64,000 nt of DNA from Promethearchaeota archaeon (GTDB lineage: Archaea; Asgardarchaeota; Lokiarchaeia; Sigyniarchaeales; SOKP01), in contig JBHLOC010000026.1 of assembly GCA_048940925.1 (NCBI GenBank), forward strand, positions 9,569 through 73,568, given 5' to 3'. Both the position numbers and the translations under genes were made by a program. The notes below the pieces were generated by a model. It did no database searches. It saw only the letters and a program-made list of their open reading frames with translations, and was not told the DNA's origin. Positions 39,822 through 48,941 of the stretch are shown piece after piece; position 1 is the first letter of the stretch, and every line of letters starts with the position of its first letter.

Positions 39822-40734
39822 TTTTTAACCACATTTTTAAGTTAATATATATCTCGGTAAATGCAATGAACCCAGGGCCATTCCTGTCAAAATTATTACT
39901 TTTATCCATAAGGGGTGTTCCAAGACAGTAAGAATTCACAATATCCGCATCTAAAGGAATATCACCCAAAATCTCAATGCTTTCATCTTGTAATTCTTTT
40001 AAAAATTGATCTCTAAAACCTAATAATGATGATCTATTCACTATTACCTTGGAATCCTTTCCCAATAAATTTATCAATTCCATTATCCTTAATAAATCTA
40101 GTTTACCAAATTTGGTGGGTTCTGTAATAGGAATTGCCACATCTGATGTATCAATCAAAAGTTCGACATCACAATGAGCTCCTGGTGCAGTATCTAAAAT
40201 GACGATATCGTATTTGTTTGGGGTTTCAGTTATAATTTCTTCAAGGTTTTCTACAAGTTCTTCCACTATTCCTGCTGAACGAGCTTCTGAAGGTTTCAAT
40301 TCACCAAGTATTAGCGACATTCCATTAATTTCAGTAGAGTATGTCCATCCTATCGTTTTAAAATCAGGTTCAATTGCGTTTTCTGGACATATCTTATAGC
40401 ATAATCTACAGCCGTTGCAAAGATTTAACATGGGGATTGGAATTGCATTCTCTATATGTAATAGAGCATGACTTGTACAATTCTGAGCGCATAATCCACA
40501 TCGAGAACACTTGTCCTCTACAATTTTGGGCATGAAAAAAGGAACACTTGTTTTATTCTCAAGTTCTCCCTTTAATAAGAGATATGTATTAGGATTCTCC
40601 ACATCTCCATCAATAAGAAGTACTTTATATCCCTCATTTTTGAACATAACAGCGATATTTACAGCGCATAAGGTCTTTCCGGTTCCTCCCTTACCCCCCG
40701 TAATACAAATTATTATAGGCTTATTACTACTCAT
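39793..40734 (-). CDS. MinD-superfamily P-loop ATPase with inserted ferredoxin
   Basis: GGKGGTGKT, D-x-DVENPN, CSRCGLC, CNGCRLC, DTAPGAHC, TEPT. Confidence 0.92.
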   Translation of the reverse strand: MSSNKPIIICITGGKGGTGKTLCAVNIAVMFKNEGYKVLLIDGDVENPNTYLLLKGELENKTSVPFFMPKIVEDKCSRCGLCAQNCTSHALLHIENAIPIPMLNLCNGCRLCYKICPENAIEPDFKTIGWTYSTEINGMSLILGELKPSEARSAGIVEELVENLEEIITETPNKYDIVILDTAPGAHCDVELLIDTSDVAIPITEPTKFGKLDLLRIMELINLLGKDSKVIVNRSSLLGFRDQFLKELQDESIEILGDIPLDADIVNSYCLGTPLMDKSNNFDRNGPGFIAFTEIYINLKMWLKIDGKSAEGE

Positions 40735-40770
40735 AAGAAAATATTTATTTTTTATTAATTCCTAGCTTTT

Positions 40771-41235
40771 CTAAGGGCGATTTCCGCCACCCATACCACG
40801 ACCACCGCCCATGCCACGACCACCGCCCATGCCACGACCACCGCCCATACCATAATGAGATGCTACATTTGAGGTAGTAATTTTTTGTAGTTTTCCTTCT
40901 ATAAAGAGATTTATAACTTCTTTTATGGACGTTTGTCTATTGGGGGCTTGAAAAATATCTATATTCAAAGAATTAAGTCCATTTGATGCATTTGGACCTA
41001 AAAAGCCTACTATTACCACATTAGCATTATTATTCCCAATTATCTGGGTTGCTTGCACACCTGCACCGCCCATCGCATTAGCTGCATGGTTTGGAACAGT
41101 CCTTACTGCTGTGATTTCATTATTTTCCAATTCAACAAATGTAAAACTTGGACATCTTCCAAATCGAGGACTCATATCATCGTTTAAACCGCCTTTTCCC
41201 ATCGAGGGAATTCCAACAACAACCATTTTTTTCAA
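40771..41235 (-). CDS. NifB/NifX family protein with GMGGGR-repeat tail
   Basis: PRFGRCP-x-F, GGAG-x-QA, GPNA; likely start ATG 41226. Confidence 0.9.
   Translation of the reverse strand: MKKMVVVGIPSMGKGGLNDDMSPRFGRCPSFTFVELENNEITAVRTVPNHAANAMGGAGVQATQIIGNNNANVVIVGFLGPNASNGLNSLNIDIFQAPNRQTSIKEVINLFIEGKLQKITTSNVASHYGMGGGRGMGGGRGMGGGRGMGGGNRP
40784..40851. repeat. 18-bp coding tandem repeat (GMGGGR x3 plus a partial unit)
   Basis: ccacgaccaccgcccat(g/a) at 40796, 40814, 40832. Confidence 0.9.
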
Positions 41236-41272
41236 CCTTCTTTTTTAATTGTCAAAACAAAAGTTTTTTAAT

Positions 41273-41292
41273 TTATGAATAATTATTCATTA
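41273..41292. promoter_or_regulatory. 20-bp palindromic operator between NifB/NifX and mrp
   Basis: TTATGAATAATTATTCATTA. Confidence 0.8.
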
Positions 41293-41421
41293 TCAATAAT
41301 TAAAGAAATTAAAAACTTATAAATTTAACCTATTTAAAACTAAACGATTAGAGAATTTAAACTTAAGAGGTGGATAAATATTCAAGATAGAGATATTCCA
41401 GATATTGATCTAAAGGAAACG

Positions 41422-42252
41422 ATGAAACAAGGGAAAAAAGAACAAATGGACAAATTGACGGTAAGCATCGAAAAAAATATGCAAAAAATTAAACACAAAC
41501 TTGTTATCATATCTGGTAAAGGTGGCGTAGGAAAAACTACTGTAGCAGTAAACTTAGCTACTAATTTAGCTAGTTATGGATTTCGCGTTGGAATCTTAGA
41601 TGTTGATATTACAGGTCCGAATGTATCTAAAATGTTAGGAATCAGTCCAGATATGCGACCACGTGTCGATCCTGATGAGAGGAAGTTTTATCCGCTTAAT
41701 GGCCCATTAAATATTAAAGTAATGAGTATGGCATTTCTGACCGACAATCCAGATTCACCCGTTATTTGGAGGGGACCCATGAAAATGGGTGCTGTCAGGC
41801 AATTTTTAGGGGATGCCATTTGGGGTGAACTTGATTATTTAGTATGTGATTTACCACCAGGAACTTCAGATGAGACATTAGATATTCTACAGTTGATTCC
41901 GGATGAGAATGTAATAGTGGTATCGACACCTCAAGAAGTTGCGCTTATGGATGCTCGAAAGACGATAAGAATGGCTCAGATCATGAAAAGAAATGTACTT
42001 GGGATTATTGAGAATATGTCGGGCTTTAATTGCCCGCATTGTGGAAAATATATCGATCTGTACCCTCCAGGAGGCGCACAAAAAGCAGCAAAAGATTTTG
42101 GAGTTAGACTTTTAGGGCAAATCCCTTTTGAAATTGAAGTAGGCCAACAGGGTGATAAAGGTCTACCATTTGTAGTAAAATATCCTGATAGTAGCTCCGC
42201 TAAAGCTTTTAAGGAAAGTGTTAAAAAAATTAGAGAATTATTAGAAAAGTAG
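41422..42252 (+). CDS. mrp: Mrp/NBP35 Fe-S cluster carrier ATPase
   Basis: SGKGGVGKT, DVDITGP, WRGP, DLPPGTSD, TPQ, ENM-x4-CPHC. Confidence 0.95.
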   Translation: MKQGKKEQMDKLTVSIEKNMQKIKHKLVIISGKGGVGKTTVAVNLATNLASYGFRVGILDVDITGPNVSKMLGISPDMRPRVDPDERKFYPLNGPLNIKVMSMAFLTDNPDSPVIWRGPMKMGAVRQFLGDAIWGELDYLVCDLPPGTSDETLDILQLIPDENVIVVSTPQEVALMDARKTIRMAQIMKRNVLGIIENMSGFNCPHCGKYIDLYPPGGAQKAAKDFGVRLLGQIPFEIEVGQQGDKGLPFVVKYPDSSSAKAFKESVKKIRELLEK

Positions 42253-42253
42253 T

Positions 42254-42709
42254 ATGCCAAAGGATAATATAGATAGATGGGTAGAGGAACTCCAAAAGGA
42301 AATAAATAAAGAAACAATTGAACAATATAATGAATATATTTTTGAATTAATACAAAATCCAAAGAACTGGGGTAAACCAAAAAGTTCTGAAATAAGTGTG
42401 TGGCATGCATATGAAGGTTCATGCGGTGATACAATGCAGTTTTTTTTAAAAATTGAGAATGATATAATTAAAAAGGCTAACTTCATAACTGATGGTTGTG
42501 GGGCTACAGTTGCAGCGGGAAGTCAAACAACAATGATGATAGAAGGAAAATCGCTGCAATTTGCTGAAAATATACAACCGAATGAAATTGATGAAGCGAT
42601 TGGCGGTTTACCTGAGGATCATAAACATTGTGTTGAATTAGCAGCAACAACTTTAAGAAAAGCAATTGAGAAATACAAGTACCAAAGTCAAGAAAAAGAA
42701 TTTCCATAG
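42254..42709 (+). CDS. IscU/NifU-like scaffold protein
   Basis: NP-x-NWG, GSCGDTM, TDGC, GGLP-x3-KHC. Confidence 0.92.
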   Translation: MPKDNIDRWVEELQKEINKETIEQYNEYIFELIQNPKNWGKPKSSEISVWHAYEGSCGDTMQFFLKIENDIIKKANFITDGCGATVAAGSQTTMMIEGKSLQFAENIQPNEIDEAIGGLPEDHKHCVELAATTLRKAIEKYKYQSQEKEFP

Positions 42710-42714
42710 AAAAT

Positions 42715-43650
42715 ATGAAATATGTATATGGGCCAGTACCGAGTAGGAGATTAGGAAAATCATTAGGTATTGATCCAATTCCTTCTAAAACATGCAATTA
42801 TCAATGTATATATTGTCAGCTAGGAAAAACAACTAATTTCACTAATACAAGGAAAAATTATTATCCCAAAGAAGAAATTTCCCGTGAAATTGAAGATGCA
42901 ATTGAATTAAATAAAAATAAATTTGATTATATCACCTTTGTAGGTAGTGGCGAACCTACATTATATAAAGATTTGAAAGATTTAATTTTAAAGGCTAAGC
43001 AATGCACGAAAAAACCAATTTGTGTAATTACAAACGGAAGTTTATTGTATAATACCGATGTCAGCAATACTTTAATGTTAGCAGATGTTGTATTACCCAG
43101 CTTAGATGCTGGAGATGAAAAATCATTCATAAAAATAAATCGACCTCATCCTGCTCTAAAATATGATGAAATAATCCAGGGATTTTTAGACTTTAAGAAA
43201 AATTTTAGTGGTAAATTCTGGGTAGAAGTAATGTTAATGAAAGGGATTAATGATACAAGTGAGGAATTACTAAAAATTAAAGAAATATTAGACTTAATAA
43301 AACCTGATAGAATTGATATTAATGTTCCTATAAGACCTCCTACAGTAGAGTGGGTTAAAATTCCGAGTAAGAATATAATTCCGATTTTAAATGAGATTTT
43401 TGATGATTATAAAAATATTAATTTTCCGGAGCAAGGTAAATTCATTACCTATTCCTTTGATTTTGAACACGAAATACTCTCAATACTAGAGAGACATCCT
43501 ATGAGACAAAGTCAAATTATCGAAACTTTTTCCTCTTTTAATTTTAATAAGGATAAGATTAAAGAACAGTTAAAAAAGCTTAAAGCTCAAAACAAAATTA
43601 AAGTGACACTCTATAATAATCAAATATTTTGGAAATTGAATACAGATTAG
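42715..43650 (+). CDS. radical SAM protein
   Basis: YGPVPSRRLG-x-SLG, CNYQCIYC, GSGEPTL, ITNGSL, PSLDAG. Confidence 0.93.
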   Translation: MKYVYGPVPSRRLGKSLGIDPIPSKTCNYQCIYCQLGKTTNFTNTRKNYYPKEEISREIEDAIELNKNKFDYITFVGSGEPTLYKDLKDLILKAKQCTKKPICVITNGSLLYNTDVSNTLMLADVVLPSLDAGDEKSFIKINRPHPALKYDEIIQGFLDFKKNFSGKFWVEVMLMKGINDTSEELLKIKEILDLIKPDRIDINVPIRPPTVEWVKIPSKNIIPILNEIFDDYKNINFPEQGKFITYSFDFEHEILSILERHPMRQSQIIETFSSFNFNKDKIKEQLKKLKAQNKIKVTLYNNQIFWKLNTD

Positions 43651-43682
43651 GTATTCCATTCAAAATTTAAAGTATAATTTTA

Positions 43683-44063
43683 CTAATTTTCGAGAAGTAG
43701 ATTTTCTAATGCAGTTGATACTTCAGGAGTTAGGTGATGCTCAATTTCACATGATAATTTTTTTATCAATTCGTTATTCTCTAATTTTAGCACATTACTA
43801 AAAAAATCACATAAATTCTGAAAGGTTCGAAATATATCCTGAGCAATTTTTTTTCCTTTTTTAGTTAATCTCAAAGATTTTCTTGGTTTCCAAACTATTA
43901 GTTCTTTTGCTTTCAATTTATATAACATGTTAGTTACCGAGGGGGGTTTAACCTTTAACAATTCTGAAATTTCTGAGTTTGAGACCCAACCTCCTTTATT
44001 ATGTTTTGAAATTAAGTATATTGCCTTTAAATAATCTTCATAACTCTCATTTACTTTTGTCAT
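43683..44063 (-). CDS. DtxR/MntR metal-dependent transcriptional regulator
   Basis: EDYLKAIY, V-x-PPSVT-x-M, LT-x2-G, CEIEHH. Confidence 0.92.
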   Translation of the reverse strand: MTKVNESYEDYLKAIYLISKHNKGGWVSNSEISELLKVKPPSVTNMLYKLKAKELIVWKPRKSLRLTKKGKKIAQDIFRTFQNLCDFFSNVLKLENNELIKKLSCEIEHHLTPEVSTALENLLLEN

Positions 44064-44104
44064 CTTAATCTTGTCCTTTAAAGAATGATAAAATTAAAAA
44101 AAAA

Positions 44105-44473
44105 TTATTCTTCTTTTTCCAATTCAGTTATCCTTTTAGCGATGTCGTCCAATGCGCTTTTAATACCATTCATTTCGGATTCTAGATAGGTTTTCTCTTG
44201 CTTTAACATGGACAATTGATTTTCTTGACTAATTTGTGGTACGACTCCTGGTGTATATGGCGCATAAAAAGGGGTTCTATAACCCCAACCCCAACCTCTT
44301 CCATATCCTAAACCTCTACCACGACCCCAGCCTCTACCACGACCCCAACCTCCACCAAATCCCATCCCAGGACCTTTTGTAAACCCGGGTGTATCATAAC
44401 CAGCACAGTATCCTAATGCTCTCCCAGTCATTGGACCTAATCCTCGAGGTCCAGTTCTATCTCCACCTGGCAT
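44105..44473 (-). CDS. DUF5320 family Gly/Arg-rich protein
   Basis: MPGGDRTGP-x-G-x-GPMTGR-x2-GYC, WGRGRG repeats, C-terminal coiled coil. Confidence 0.88.
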   Translation of the reverse strand: MPGGDRTGPRGLGPMTGRALGYCAGYDTPGFTKGPGMGFGGGWGRGRGWGRGRGLGYGRGWGWGYRTPFYAPYTPGVVPQISQENQLSMLKQEKTYLESEMNGIKSALDDIAKRITELEKEE

Positions 44474-44504
44474 CTTAATTTTTTCACCTCTTATGCATTA
44501 ATTT

Positions 44505-44586
44505 TTATGAATGATTATTCATTTATATTTTCCTATTATAATAATAATTAACTACATATTTAAATATTATGAATATATATTCAAAA
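44505..44586. promoter_or_regulatory. two 20-bp palindromic operators upstream of DUF5320-mntR
   Basis: TTATGAATGATTATTCATTT (44505) and TTATGAATATATATTCAAAA (44567). Confidence 0.75.
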
Positions 44587-44760
44587 TAGATTTTATTAAA
44601 TATTTCATTAAAAATAAATCAAGTCTTATAAATAACTATATTTGCAAAATCAGCTGTTTTATAATTAATATAGAAATAAATAATATATCTACATCATTTC
44701 AATTTGAAATTTTTATTTAACATATAAAATCATTTGATAGAAATGTAGGAATATTTTTTA

Positions 44761-44778
44761 TATTAGGTGTAACTAATA
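44761..44778. promoter_or_regulatory. candidate DtxR/MntR box upstream of feoA1
   Basis: imperfect palindrome TATTAGGTGTAACTAATA. Confidence 0.55.
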
Positions 44779-44855
44779 TTATTTAGCAAAAAAATCACAA
44801 ATGATCTTTATATATTTTAAACTTCAAAAATTGCTAAATAAGGAAAGAAAGTCTC

Positions 44856-45137
44856 ATGGACTCGGAATTTGGGGAATACATCCCAAAATATGATAAAAAA
44901 AAATCAATTTTAAAAACTTTGATTGAATGCCCTATAGGGATAAAATTCAAAGTACAAAGAGTTAATGCAGGTTATCATGCTAAGGGAAGACTTGCTTGTT
45001 TAGGTGTTATTCCCGGAGTTGAAATAATGAAAAAAAAGACTGCTCCCTTTCGAGGACCTATTGAAGTTCTCGTTAAAGGAACCTTATTAGTGATTGGAAG
45101 AGGATTAGCATCTAAAATAGTTGTAAATGATTTATAA
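44856..45137 (+). CDS. feoA: ferrous iron transport protein A
   Basis: RLACLGVIPG...AP-x2-GP...VIGRGLASKI. Confidence 0.92.
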   Translation: MDSEFGEYIPKYDKKKSILKTLIECPIGIKFKVQRVNAGYHAKGRLACLGVIPGVEIMKKKTAPFRGPIEVLVKGTLLVIGRGLASKIVVNDL

Positions 45138-45287
45138 GTCAGAATAATTAAACTTATTCTAATTTTTTTTTAATATATCTCAAATGGTTGATACTCCATG
45201 AATTTAATCTAAGAAAAACTAATTTTTATTTAATTGAGATTAGCTTTCATTTCTAAAATATAAAACCAAGATTTATTAGAAAATAGA

Positions 45288-45413
45288 TTATGTTAAGTAT
45301 CTAAAAGAATATTAAGGTGGGAATAAGTAGACTTCATAAATGGAGCAAAAACCGTTGGAGTTGCGATTTTGAAGGATTTTATTTTAGAAGCAGATGCGAT
45401 TCAATGGTTTTGA
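45288..45413 (+). pseudogene. possible relic of a DsrE-like protein C-terminus
   Basis: LC*VSKRILRWE*VDFINGAKTVGVAILKDFILEADAIQWF*. Confidence 0.35.
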
Positions 45414-45561
45414 AATCTTTATCTTAATATTTTTAGGAAAAGTATCTAATATGTGAGATATATTAGTTATCTCCAATCTAAATATCAAATATTTAAATTT
45501 TAGTTTCATTCTTCTATAAAATCTTAAAATATATTAATGATATTTATAATAATATTTTTAT

Positions 45562-45580
45562 AATTTGTTATGCCTAAATT
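45562..45580. promoter_or_regulatory. candidate DtxR/MntR box upstream of feoA2-feoB
   Basis: reverse strand AATTTAGGCATAACAAATT shares TTAGGYRTAACWAA with the 44761 site. Confidence 0.55.
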
Positions 45581-45639
45581 TATATTTAATTGTTACTTTT
45601 TATTATTAAAAGACTCTTTTTATCTGGTGAATAAGAATA

Positions 45640-45936
45640 ATAAACTCGATAACTGTTGACCGAAAGGATGAAAAATATCAACAAACATCTTTGATTAGAT
45701 GTTTAACGGAATGTAAAAAAGGAGAAATGGTTCATGTCGTAAGTGTTAATGCTGGTTTTAAAGCTAAAAAGCGTCTTGCTAACTTAGGAATTTTACCTGG
45801 AGTGAAAATTATTAAAAAAGAATCCGCTCCATTAAAAGGACCATTAGAAATAAAAGTAAAAGGAACATCCATAGTGATTGGGAGAGGTCTAGCCTCTAAA
45901 ATCTTAGTTAAATGTAATGAAAGATGTGAATTTTAA
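45640..45936 (+). CDS. feoA: ferrous iron transport protein A (ATA start likely; TTG 45691 is the alternative)
   Basis: RLANLGILPG...APLKGP...IGRGLASKI; ATA AAC TCG aligns with ATG GAC TCG of feoA1. Confidence 0.9.
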   Translation: MNSITVDRKDEKYQQTSLIRCLTECKKGEMVHVVSVNAGFKAKKRLANLGILPGVKIIKKESAPLKGPLEIKVKGTSIVIGRGLASKILVKCNERCEF

Positions 45937-46007
45937 TCCATTAGAAGATTTAATATTGGTTATTTTAAAAGATAATTAATATAATAGAAGTTTATGGATA
46001 CTAAATC

Positions 46008-48161
46008 ATGAGTTGTCATTTACCCAAGACACCAAAGCAGAAAAATAAACATGAATATAAGGATACAATTAATATAGCATTAGCTGGTAATCCAAATGTA
46101 GGTAAATCAGTGATATTCAATCAGTTGACAGGGCTGTCACAAACTATTGGAAATTGGCCAGGAAAAACAGTTGAAAAAATGGAAGGGTATATGGATTTTC
46201 TTGATTATCATTTTAATATTGTTGATCTTCCGGGTATATATTCACTATCAACTTATAGTATTGAAGAAATAGTAAGTAGAGAGTATATAGTTTCTGAAGA
46301 AGTTGATTTAATAATAAATGTTATTGATGCTACAAACTTAGAACGAAATTTATTTTTCACATTTCAACTTTTAGAGTTAAATGTTCCAATGATTCTTGCT
46401 ATAAATCAAATGGATATTTTACGTAAGAGAAATATGGATATAGATATCAAGAAACTAGAAAAAATATTCAAACTCCCAGTTCTCCCCCTAGTTGCCATCC
46501 ATGGAGTTGGTGTTCATCAACTTCTTGAAGAAGCAATAGAAATGGTAGCCTATCGTCATCCTCATTTACATCACGATGAAAGTATAAATGAGAAATATAA
46601 GCATCATTCACACAGCTATTCTCGGAAACATCATGTGCATAAAAAGGTGAAATCATGGCCACTTTTAAAAAATGAATTCGAATTTCCTGATTTATCTGCT
46701 ATTCTCACTTTTGGTAAAGAAGTGGAAATAAGAATCAATGAAATTATAGCAAATATTCAAGATAGTCAATTCATTATAGCTAATTCTTACTATCCTTTAA
46801 GATTTATAGCAATTAAACTTCTAGAAAATGATGAAGAAATTAAAAAGTTGATTATAAACCATGAACAAACCTCAAAAATAATTTCGGTGGCTGATAACTT
46901 ACGAAATGAGCTTGAAGAGATACATGGGGAAGATGTAAGTACGATAATCTCTTCAGAAATATATAATAATATTAATAAAATAATACAACAGGTTTTAGTT
47001 GTAAAACCTAAAGAGCAATCTAAGAAAGTGTCTATAGCTGACAAACTTGATCATCTTACCACTCACTCTATTTGGGGTTATGTAATCTTAATCTTGATTA
47101 TTATCGGTATTTATATGTTCACATTTTCAATTGGTGGTTTCTTTGGTGGGCTTATAGAAGACTTTTATGGATTTCTAAGTGATAAAATATATCACATTTT
47201 TGGTCAAGATGATTTAGGGGTTAAGATTTTTTGGGATGGAGGTATGGGAGGATTTGTTGGAGCAGTTGGAGGTGTTTTAGTTTATGTTATTCCTTTTTTC
47301 TTAGTAATTGAAATATTACAAGATTCCGGCTATTTACCAAGAGCAGCATTTTTAATGGATAGGGTCATGCATTCCCTAGGCGTTCACGGTAAAACAATTA
47401 TTCCAATGATATTAGGTTTCGGTTGCAACGTACCAGCTTGTGCAGGTTGTAGGATAATGGAAACCCAAAGAGAAAAAAAGATATCTATTGCCTTAACTTC
47501 CCTTATACCTTGTGCTGCAGTAATGACAGTAGTAATGGGATTAGTGGGGCGATATTTGGGCTTAGGATGGGTGTTTATTCTCTTTATTATAAATTTTTCA
47601 GTTATTTTAATCGTAGGTAAGATTTTAAATAGATTAATGCCAGGGCAATGTACAGAATTAATTATGGAAATGCACGATTATCGTATTCCGAATTATTCTG
47701 TAATTTTGAAGCAAACATGGATAAGGAGTAAAGAATTCATTTATAAAGCAATGCCAATTATAATTGTTACTGGAATTCTGCTGGAGATTTTATTTTTATT
47801 TCGAATATTAGATCCAATAAATATCCTTATTTCACCAATAACAGTTTATTGGTTAGGATTACCACTTATTACTGGAATCTTTTTAATTTATGGAATTCTA
47901 AGGAAAGAATTAACATTAGTTCTTTTAGCTTTATTAGCGAATTCTATGAACTTACCTCTATTGGAATTGTTAAGTCCAATTCAAATGATTATTTTTAGTC
48001 TGGTGACCATGCTTTATATCCCATGTTTTGCTACAGTCGTTTTAATAGCTAAGGAAACTAATTGGAAGTATGCTTTACAAATCGCTCTTCTTGAAATAGG
48101 GTTGGCACTTATGATTGGGGGAATAATTAATTGGGGATTTATTCTTTTTTCTAGTTTATAA
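46008..48161 (+). CDS. feoB: ferrous iron transporter B with a His-rich insert
   Basis: GNPNVGKS, NWPG-x-TVE, DLPG, DSGYLPRAAF, GFGCNVP, YIPC. Confidence 0.96.
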   Translation: MSCHLPKTPKQKNKHEYKDTINIALAGNPNVGKSVIFNQLTGLSQTIGNWPGKTVEKMEGYMDFLDYHFNIVDLPGIYSLSTYSIEEIVSREYIVSEEVDLIINVIDATNLERNLFFTFQLLELNVPMILAINQMDILRKRNMDIDIKKLEKIFKLPVLPLVAIHGVGVHQLLEEAIEMVAYRHPHLHHDESINEKYKHHSHSYSRKHHVHKKVKSWPLLKNEFEFPDLSAILTFGKEVEIRINEIIANIQDSQFIIANSYYPLRFIAIKLLENDEEIKKLIINHEQTSKIISVADNLRNELEEIHGEDVSTIISSEIYNNINKIIQQVLVVKPKEQSKKVSIADKLDHLTTHSIWGYVILILIIIGIYMFTFSIGGFFGGLIEDFYGFLSDKIYHIFGQDDLGVKIFWDGGMGGFVGAVGGVLVYVIPFFLVIEILQDSGYLPRAAFLMDRVMHSLGVHGKTIIPMILGFGCNVPACAGCRIMETQREKKISIALTSLIPCAAVMTVVMGLVGRYLGLGWVFILFIINFSVILIVGKILNRLMPGQCTELIMEMHDYRIPNYSVILKQTWIRSKEFIYKAMPIIIVTGILLEILFLFRILDPINILISPITVYWLGLPLITGIFLIYGILRKELTLVLLALLANSMNLPLLELLSPIQMIIFSLVTMLYIPCFATVVLIAKETNWKYALQIALLEIGLALMIGGIINWGFILFSSL

Positions 48162-48263
48162 ATATAAACAAGTGATAAAAAAAAGAATTTAATTGGTTAA
48201 TTTTTATAATAATTTAATTATACTGACTCTCTCCTATAATTTATTTGAATTATTTTTCCTTGT

Positions 48264-48870
48264 TTAAAATAAAACATCAAAAAATTCCATATTCTTTACG
48301 TTCTTGAGATTATTTTGAAAATAAATCGTTTTTAATTCTTCTAAAGTCTCTGATTTAAGCTTATCTAAGTGATTATAAAATTTTTCCTTTAATTGGTGGA
48401 TTTCTTCTTTGAATAATTTGATTGAGTTATACACTTTATAAGATCTATTGATTGAAAAAATCTATTCTCTTTTTTCTAACGTCTCAATAGCATTTTTATT
48501 CTTATATTGGCTTTTTTTCATAATAGAACTTAAAATAGGTAAATCAGCATTTTCTAAAGAAAGGAGGGTGGCATACACTTGTATCTCAAGTTCGAAAACG
48601 TTGAATAACTGCATTGCAGAAATAATTTTCTCATTTAAATGTATTACTTTTGATTTCTTTCTTAAAGAAGCATTTGTGATTTTTTCAAAATTTATTTGAT
48701 TATTAATTATAATTTCCCTAGAAGCTAAAACATCATTAAATACGTTTCTACCAATATTAGAACGAATTATTACACTATTCCAGCCGCTTTCAGAAGCGCT
48801 AACGCTTCTTATAGGGATATCTGAAAATTCAGCAATAAATTAAGGCATATAAATGATCTTTTTGCACATA
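48264..48870 (-). pseudogene. degraded FrhB C-terminus fused to a TrmB-like wHTH and coiled coil
   Basis: FIAEFSDI...GWNSVIIRSNIG...ELEIQVYATLLSL-x-NADL-x-ILS...KRE*IF; stops and frameshifts, 5' part absent. Confidence 0.6.
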
Positions 48871-48941
48871 TCAGTATTTGAATAATGTCATTATCTCTAT
48901 TAAATTTGAATTAAGACTAATGATGCTTTATATTGCTAAAA

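Noticed and set aside
40784-40851. CRISPR-like repeat
   Set aside because: 18-bp units without spacers, in frame, encoding GMGGGR; no cas genes; no CRISPR array seen in the window
27270-41235. Nitrogen fixation inferred from NifB/NifX-domain genes
   Set aside because: No nifHDK; this domain family is common in non-diazotroph MinD/Mrp/DUF134 clusters
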